A DNA stretch of 20,000 bases, from IMG/VR virus record IMGVR_UViG_3300038417_000443, one strand, 5' to 3'. Numbering within the stretch: the stretch's first letter is position 1; every line of letters begins with the position of its first letter. Position numbers and translations under genes: made by a program. The notes below the pieces were generated by a model. It did not search any database, had not been told where the DNA came from, and worked only from the letters and a program-made list of their open reading frames with translations. Positions 14,756-20,000 of the stretch are shown one piece after another. This DNA is from an uncultured virus (IMG/VR IMGVR_UViG_3300038417_000443). Taxonomy: Duplodnaviria > Heunggongvirae > Uroviricota > Caudoviricetes.

Positions 14756-15436
14756 ATGAAGATTATTACTGGCGCGTCGAGGGGGATAGGGAGATATCTT
14801 TTAGAGAAATATCTCGTTCCGGGAGAGGTCGTTTGTGGTACATTTTTTACCACGGAGCCGCCTCGATATCTTTCTAAATATTACTCTAAGGTAGACGTTT
14901 CAAATTATATAGAAACTGACAATTGGATAAGCTCTATTATGCTTACAGAAAAAATAGAACTTATCAATTGTGCGGCAACAAATTATAACTCTTTTGCACA
15001 TAAGGCAAACCCCTATGACTGGGGAGAAATAATAAGGGTAAATCTACTTGGTACGTTTCACGTTATTCTCGCCCTGCTTCCAGAAATGCGGAAGAATAAT
15101 TACGGAAGAATAATTAATTTTTCTTCCATCGTTGATCGATTAGGAATCCCGGGCACGAGCGCCTACGCGGCATCCAAGGCTGGACTTCTTGGATTGACGC
15201 GGGTGCTGGCGGCAGAAAACGCCTCAAAGGGAATAACGGTTAATAATTTAAATCTTGGTTATTTTAAAATAGGAATGGGGTGCGAACTTCCCCCAGAACT
15301 GGGAAACGAAATTAAAAAAAGAATTCCAGTTAGTGAATTCGGTGATCCAGAAACCATCTATAATGCAGTTAATTTTTTGATTAATAATAGTTACGTTAAC
15401 GGGGCAAGCCTCGATATTAACGGGGGCTTGCGATGA
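14756..15436 (+). CDS. Classical SDR oxidoreductase (FabG/PhaB-like)
   Basis: ITGASRGIG, LINCA, GRIINFSS, YAASKAG, ITVN, YVNGASLDINGG. Confidence 0.9.
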   Translation: MKIITGASRGIGRYLLEKYLVPGEVVCGTFFTTEPPRYLSKYYSKVDVSNYIETDNWISSIMLTEKIELINCAATNYNSFAHKANPYDWGEIIRVNLLGTFHVILALLPEMRKNNYGRIINFSSIVDRLGIPGTSAYAASKAGLLGLTRVLAAENASKGITVNNLNLGYFKIGMGCELPPELGNEIKKRIPVSEFGDPETIYNAVNFLINNSYVNGASLDINGGLR

Positions 15437-16263
15437 TAAAAGTAGACAGAACAAATAATATTAGCATAGAGGCGGCTTCGATTGAAATTGGAAAAAATGT
15501 GCATTTTGGAAGGAACATTTCCATTCTGCTAAGAGGGAAATTTAGCATTGGGGATTATAGCCACCTTGGAGACGACGTAAATATCGGGGGAAACAACGTA
15601 AGGATAGGAAGGCATTTATTCCACGATGAGGGATTAAGGGTCGGTGGGGGTGGTCACCAGAACCCAACTGCAAACCTAACCATCGGTGATAGGTGTACGC
15701 TTCACGACAATATTATAAATATATATGAGCCGATTGAAATCGGTAACGATGTAGGGCTTTCTAACGAAGTCACGCTTCTTACACACGGATATTGGCTCTC
15801 TGTTTTAGAAGGATATCCGGCTTCATTTTCTGGAATTAAAATCGGTAACGGTGTGATTATAGGCTACAGAAGCCTGGTAATGATGGGGGTTGAGATAGCC
15901 GACAACTGCGTGATAGGGGCTCAAAGCGTAGTTACAAAAAGTCTTAGAAAAAAGGGCATCTACGCTGGATCTCCGGTAAAACTTATTAGAGAAATTACCC
16001 CCATGTCTTACGGAGAAAAAACCTTGGTGTTGGATAAAATCATTGAGGGATATTATCCGATAGCCGCACACCATGGAGTTTCCCCTTGGATTTGTGCTTC
16101 TTATCCAAATGTTTATATTAATGGTCTTATGTTTAATGTGGAAACATTTAGGTATTCAGGGGTAGAGGACGAAGAAACTGACGATTTCCGAGATTACATG
16201 CGGAAGTGGGGAATAAGAATTTATACGGAAAGACCGTTTAGGAGTAAATATGTTTGTCAGTGA
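15433..16263 (+). CDS. LbH acyltransferase with C-terminal extension
   Basis: Hexapeptide repeats, LLTHGYW, IKIGNGVIIG, VIGAQSVVTKSL..GIYAGSPVK; ATGA-coupled to the SDR. Confidence 0.85.
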   Translation: MIKVDRTNNISIEAASIEIGKNVHFGRNISILLRGKFSIGDYSHLGDDVNIGGNNVRIGRHLFHDEGLRVGGGGHQNPTANLTIGDRCTLHDNIINIYEPIEIGNDVGLSNEVTLLTHGYWLSVLEGYPASFSGIKIGNGVIIGYRSLVMMGVEIADNCVIGAQSVVTKSLRKKGIYAGSPVKLIREITPMSYGEKTLVLDKIIEGYYPIAAHHGVSPWICASYPNVYINGLMFNVETFRYSGVEDEETDDFRDYMRKWGIRIYTERPFRSKYVCQ

Positions 16264-17221
16264 TATCTTAAATTTATCCAGACTCAGGCTTGATGATGTG
16301 GTTAAAGATGCTAAGGGAAATTATCTTTGGCCCGACAGTGAGCTTCTTATTTATCACAATGAATCGGTAAGGGAACTGGCAAAAAAATCGAGGTGCTTGT
16401 ATGACTCCTCTACTTCAGCTATCTGTACTTACGCTGTGTATCCTGGCATTCCTACTCTTAGCATCGATAGACGTATAGTTGAGATCAACGCGGCTTATTT
16501 AACAAATTCTCAACGGCCCCTGTTTAGAAAACCAGTAAAATATTTTGATTCACATATAGCTCTCTGGGGATGGCAATCAACGGGATGGCGAAGCGTCCAA
16601 GAGATGCCAATTTATTATATTCCAAATTACGAACCGAATAAACTTCGTTTCTACCCTTACTACCCCGTAACTTACCAAAGCAAATCATATCAAGTGGCTG
16701 GTAAGGGGTCTACTAACGATATACTTTTTGATCCAACCGCATTTACGATAACAAAGGCCTCTGGAGGACTATCCATATTCAACATAGACCAGATGAAGAT
16801 TTTGATTGCAGGATCTGGGGTAACACCAAATATTGATGGGATTTATACCATAGATGGTGTTGGAAGTGATACCGTAATTAGTGTAAATGAGGTTTTTCCA
16901 TGTGGGGCCGACCAGACAAAAGCAACGATTACAAAAGTTATTGATACTCTTAACCTTGAGGTTGCCAGACTTCCGCTTACAGATGTTGCAATAGCCAATA
17001 TTGCCACAGCCATCCCAGAGGTGGACGAGGATTATCACATCCATATTTGTGATGGTATTATGGCTCAAGCTTATTTAAAGAGGGATTCAGAGACTTATAA
17101 TATTGTTGAATCGAAAAAGTTTCAAGATAGATGGGATTCTTTTGTGGAGGATGTAAAGAATGATCAGATAATTATCGGAGAAGATGATACAGTGTTTGAG
17201 CCCTCTTTCGGGGCCATCTAA
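16250..17221 (+). CDS. Head-tail adaptor/connector protein with an inserted beta-rich domain
   Basis: N-terminal RLRLDD....YLWPDSELLIYHNE..REL and C-terminal PEVDEDYHIHICD..MAQAYLKRDSETY match podovirus-type adaptor proteins; the start overlaps the upstream acyltransferase. Confidence 0.72.
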   Translation: MFVSDILNLSRLRLDDVVKDAKGNYLWPDSELLIYHNESVRELAKKSRCLYDSSTSAICTYAVYPGIPTLSIDRRIVEINAAYLTNSQRPLFRKPVKYFDSHIALWGWQSTGWRSVQEMPIYYIPNYEPNKLRFYPYYPVTYQSKSYQVAGKGSTNDILFDPTAFTITKASGGLSIFNIDQMKILIAGSGVTPNIDGIYTIDGVGSDTVISVNEVFPCGADQTKATITKVIDTLNLEVARLPLTDVAIANIATAIPEVDEDYHIHICDGIMAQAYLKRDSETYNIVESKKFQDRWDSFVEDVKNDQIIIGEDDTVFEPSFGAI

Positions 17222-17235
17222 TTGGAGGGGGAAGG

Positions 17236-18096
17236 ATGTATCAAAAAACAATTTGTTCAACCAAGGAATTCGTTGATGTTTGGGTTCCGTTTATATGGGG
17301 TGGAGGATCTTTTGCGCTAAGAGATAATGGGGGAGATATTATGCATGGCGTCATTATGCCATGCAGGCCAAAGGCAGGAGAATGTTATTGTAAAATACAT
17401 TTTGGTCCAGTTTGGGCTCCTTGTTATCCAGAACATCCGGTATCTACTTCTTCCCTGTTGAGCGCGTTAACGGATACTATCTCCAGTGGATATCGTGAAA
17501 TTATTTTAAATGTTCGTTTTGACTGTGGGGATTTTGCTGCCCAATTAGAAAGTATGGGCTTGTACTATAGAAGAGTTGATGTTTCGGTTGTCCATCTTTC
17601 AAAAGACTACGATAAGGTATTCTCAAAATATGGTGCGACACGTAGAAAAAATATTAAACGCTTTTATAAAAGCGGTGCAACGATAAGAGAAACAAAGGAT
17701 TATTCGGATGTTCTTGCTTTTTGCAGGGTTCTGAAAAAGTTAGAATCACAAAAAGAAAATTTTCATATTCCAGATTGTTCTGCACTTTATTGCAGGTTAA
17801 TAGATCTGCCGGAATCAGCAATGTTTGTTTCTGAGTTTGAGGGAAACATTATAGGCGGGTTGATTATTTTGCACGATGGGGATTCTACCTTTGCTATGTC
17901 TACTGCATCCGATAGGGAATATAGCCATATTTTCCCTTCTCCTGCATTGGAGGATAGGGGAATCCAGGTGGCTTGTGAGCGCGGGGCGTTGACATATAAT
18001 TTTGGTGGTTCAGGGACAGAATCTCTTAGATTTTTTAAGGGATTATTTGGAGCCGTCATAGAGCAAAATTGGATGTTTTCTATATCCCAAGCTTAA
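17236..18096 (+). CDS. GNAT / FemAB-like (Acetyltransf_6-type) acyltransferase
   Basis: VVHLSKDYDKVFSKY..TRRKNIKR, FVSEFEGNIIGG, ACERGALTYNFGGSG.ESLRFFKGLFGA. Confidence 0.8.
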   Translation: MYQKTICSTKEFVDVWVPFIWGGGSFALRDNGGDIMHGVIMPCRPKAGECYCKIHFGPVWAPCYPEHPVSTSSLLSALTDTISSGYREIILNVRFDCGDFAAQLESMGLYYRRVDVSVVHLSKDYDKVFSKYGATRRKNIKRFYKSGATIRETKDYSDVLAFCRVLKKLESQKENFHIPDCSALYCRLIDLPESAMFVSEFEGNIIGGLIILHDGDSTFAMSTASDREYSHIFPSPALEDRGIQVACERGALTYNFGGSGTESLRFFKGLFGAVIEQNWMFSISQA

Positions 18097-18109
18097 AAAG
18101 GAGATTAAT

Positions 18110-18484
18110 ATGAGACCAAGACCAGTAAAACCACCATATAATCAGTATCAACAGTATTCACCATCACATTATATTCCGCTTTCCATTGCACAGTATGGAC
18201 CTATCGTTATACCATACGTTCCAGACAGCTTCCAACTGGAAGGAGCCAAGGCAGATAAATGTTTTATCGTTGTCTACGATATTAACTATGATAGCAACCA
18301 AGCTGACATTGATTTTGAAGCATGGTTGGAACTTCATTCTGGCTTGCCGCTTAAAAATGCGGGGGATACAAAAATAGTTGAGGATTCGGCACAAGCCCTA
18401 TACTATTGGGTTTTGGATAGTCCCGAAGCCCGTAAAGCAGTACAGGCCAAGGCCGCTATTTACCCCATTAAAATTTACGGTTAA
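18110..18484 (+). CDS. Hypothetical protein
   Basis: 124-aa ORF with a strong SD (AAGGAG) and a Pro/Gln/Tyr-rich N-terminus. Confidence 0.7.
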   Translation: MRPRPVKPPYNQYQQYSPSHYIPLSIAQYGPIVIPYVPDSFQLEGAKADKCFIVVYDINYDSNQADIDFEAWLELHSGLPLKNAGDTKIVEDSAQALYYWVLDSPEARKAVQAKAAIYPIKIYG

Positions 18485-18491
18485 GGGATAG

Positions 18492-19208
18492 ATGTTATTC
18501 GTCAATCATAATCGAGATCCGTATCTAAAGCAGTTAGACAAGATTGGCCCGCATGAAGTCTGGTTGGTTGATGGCGGGCATGTACGGAAACATCTCGAAG
18601 AAGAATTTACAAATTACGGTCATGGGAGAGACCCCATGTTCCGGGGTAAAATTCCAATGAATGAGTTCTGGATCGAAGTTGGCAGCGAACCAGAAGAATT
18701 TCCCTTTTTTATAGACAGGATGCTTGCTGAAAGTTACTATCTCTCTAAGCTCATGCCTCATCTAAAAGCGGAGCGCGAGAGTATGAAGGTTGAGAATATT
18801 GGTCGGCAACGAGCCCGAAAGGATAGGGGCGAGTATAAGGACAACGGTATTAATGTTCATATATTAGAATTAACTTATCCTAATTTAAAAACAAAGGGTG
18901 TAAAGATTTGGTTAATAGACGGTAAGAAGGTCCGGGATCATATGGATAATTTTTTCTGCCATGGGGGGCATTCGTTGGTTTATCCAGACTATGTGCCTGC
19001 TGGACCTCCACAAGAAATCTGGATTGATAATACCGCTCCCAAAAATGAACATGATTTTCTCTTGATCCACGAATTGCATGAATATAATAGAATGGCCGAT
19101 GGTGAGACCTATAAAACCGCACATCCAAAAGCTTCTCGGATAGAGTACGAATGTAGGTGGAGCCCTCAAGAGAAAGATAAACAGATGAGGGAATTGGGGT
19201 TGAAATGA
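18492..19208 (+). CDS. Hypothetical protein with an internally duplicated domain; the second copy has a zincin-like HExxE...AH motif
   Basis: VWLVDGGHVR..EF..GHG..EFWIE aligns with IWLIDGKKVR..FF..GGH..EIWID. The second copy contains LLIHELHEY..M..G.TY..AH..A. Confidence 0.7.
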   Translation: MLFVNHNRDPYLKQLDKIGPHEVWLVDGGHVRKHLEEEFTNYGHGRDPMFRGKIPMNEFWIEVGSEPEEFPFFIDRMLAESYYLSKLMPHLKAERESMKVENIGRQRARKDRGEYKDNGINVHILELTYPNLKTKGVKIWLIDGKKVRDHMDNFFCHGGHSLVYPDYVPAGPPQEIWIDNTAPKNEHDFLLIHELHEYNRMADGETYKTAHPKASRIEYECRWSPQEKDKQMRELGLK

Positions 19209-19275
19209 GTTCAATTTTTGAGTTTGTTCATAAAAAATGATTAAAAAAAATAATATTTGAACGGAATAAAATACT

Positions 19276-19530
19276 ATGGATTTCAGCTTCATACACAAGA
19301 AGCGTATAATTACAAAAAATGAACAGGGGACGGATTTCGGATTTGAACATAAAAAAAGATTGGACACCATCATCCATCCCCCACAGGCCGTGTCTGGTGT
19401 AGCGGTTGGCGGGGCCTTTTCCGATGCTTTTGATTCAAACTCATTTTGGGTAGGGTCATTTTCAACCATTTCTGGTGTAGTAACTTCTATTAATGATTTC
19501 TTATTTAAACATATTAAGTCAATAAGGTGA
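19276..19530 (+). CDS. Small hypothetical protein with repeated DF-x-F-x-H-x-K motifs
   Basis: 84 aa with [20 protein letters not shown] and [10 protein letters not shown], plus GAFSDAFDS; stop lies 1 nt before the next ATG. Confidence 0.6.
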   Translation: MDFSFIHKKRIITKNEQGTDFGFEHKKRLDTIIHPPQAVSGVAVGGAFSDAFDSNSFWVGSFSTISGVVTSINDFLFKHIKSIR

Positions 19531-19531
19531 T

Positions 19532-20000
19532 ATGAAAGTTCTTCATTCCTTTTTAAGCGTAAAACCAGATCCATCCGACACCACCCTTGTGAAGCCCTCC
19601 AACTGGAATGCCGAGCATGTGGATGAGTTTGGAGTTACCCTCTCCGTTGCAACGGGTCCAACCGGGGCTACTGGACATACTGGCGCTGATTCAAGCGTCT
19701 CTGGACCAACTGGGCCAACCGGCTACACAGGGGCCCAAGGCACTGCCGGAACAGCGGGAGCTCAGGGAACCGCTGGCACCGGGTCAACGGCACCAGGACC
19801 AACGGGGCCAACGGGATTTACTGGGGCTCAAGGCACCGCGGGAACAGCGGGAGCAGGCTCAACGGCACCAGGACCAACTGGGCCAACCGGCTACACAGGG
19901 GCCCAAGGCACTGCCGGAACAGCGGGAGCTCAGGGAACCGCTGGCACCGGGTCAACGGCACCAGGCCCAACTGGGCCAACCGGCTACACAGGGGCCCAAG
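19532..20000 (+). CDS. Collagen-like (G-X-T-rich) fibre protein, 3'-truncated; not in the ORF track
   Basis: SD AAGGTG then ATG19532. Translation [51 protein letters not shown]...[31 protein letters not shown]... stays open to the window end. Confidence 0.85.
   Translation, partial: MKVLHSFLSVKPDPSDTTLVKPSNWNAEHVDEFGVTLSVATGPTGATGHTGADSSVSGPTGPTGYTGAQGTAGTAGAQGTAGTGSTAPGPTGPTGFTGAQGTAGTAGAGSTAPGPTGPTGYTGAQGTAGTAGAQGTAGTGSTAPGPTGPTGYTGAQ
19703..20000 (+). repeat. Coding tandem repeat array in the collagen-like gene
   Basis: The 93-nt unit at 19703-19795 is identical to 19871-19963. A diverged 75-nt variant (19796-19870) lies between them, and a further copy starts at 19964. Confidence 0.9.

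Noticed and set aside
10567..18096. Serotype-conversion, LPS or capsule locus, or host chromosomal DNA
   Set aside because: There are no Wzx/Wzy/Gtr-type membrane proteins, and the cluster overlaps and contains a phage adaptor gene and is flanked by virion genes. DNA hypermodification is also disfavoured by the late-operon location, though not excluded.
328..19530. Stop-codon reassignment (alternative genetic code)
   Set aside because: Genes are full length under code 11, and TAA, TAG and TGA all end genes at sensible, often coupled, boundaries. The capsid interruption is explained by the intron.
18912..19574. 220-aa minus-strand ORF
   Set aside because: It overlaps three coherent plus-strand genes, has no recognisable domain, and runs against an otherwise all-plus operon.
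19703..20000. CRISPR array or non-coding repeat
   Set aside because: Unit lengths are multiples of 3, encode Gly-X-Y triplets, and have no unique spacers.

Overview
This 20-kb window is the virion-morphogenesis region of a tailed dsDNA phage or prophage, and every credible gene lies on the + strand. The portal, scaffold, capsid and adaptor types suggest a podovirus-like head module (inference). The head genes run: partial structural-like gene, terminase large subunit with a Zn-ribbon-like insert, portal, a small Cys-rich ORF, a Ddl-like ATP-grasp ligase, a diverged AdoMet decarboxylase, two hypotheticals and the scaffold. The major capsid gene is split after codon 22 by a group I intron (7477-8095) that encodes a single-motif LAGLIDADG endonuclease. 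A structured intergenic RNA, a tRNA-Val(TAC) and putative decoration proteins follow, two of them tandem paralogs, one carrying a collagen-like G-X-T arm. Next comes a ~7.5-kb sugar-synthesis/transfer/acylation cluster (GT-B-like, two LbH acyltransferases, NDP-sugar epimerase, GT2-GT2-TPR, SDR, GNAT/FemAB-like) interleaved with the head-tail adaptor gene. The window ends in a Thr-rich collagen-like fibre gene. The leading candidate for a new system is phage-encoded glycosylation/acylation of the virion, targeting the collagen-like G-X-T fibres and possibly coupled to the ATP-grasp/decarboxylase pair. All functional calls come from motif recognition by eye; no database search was run.
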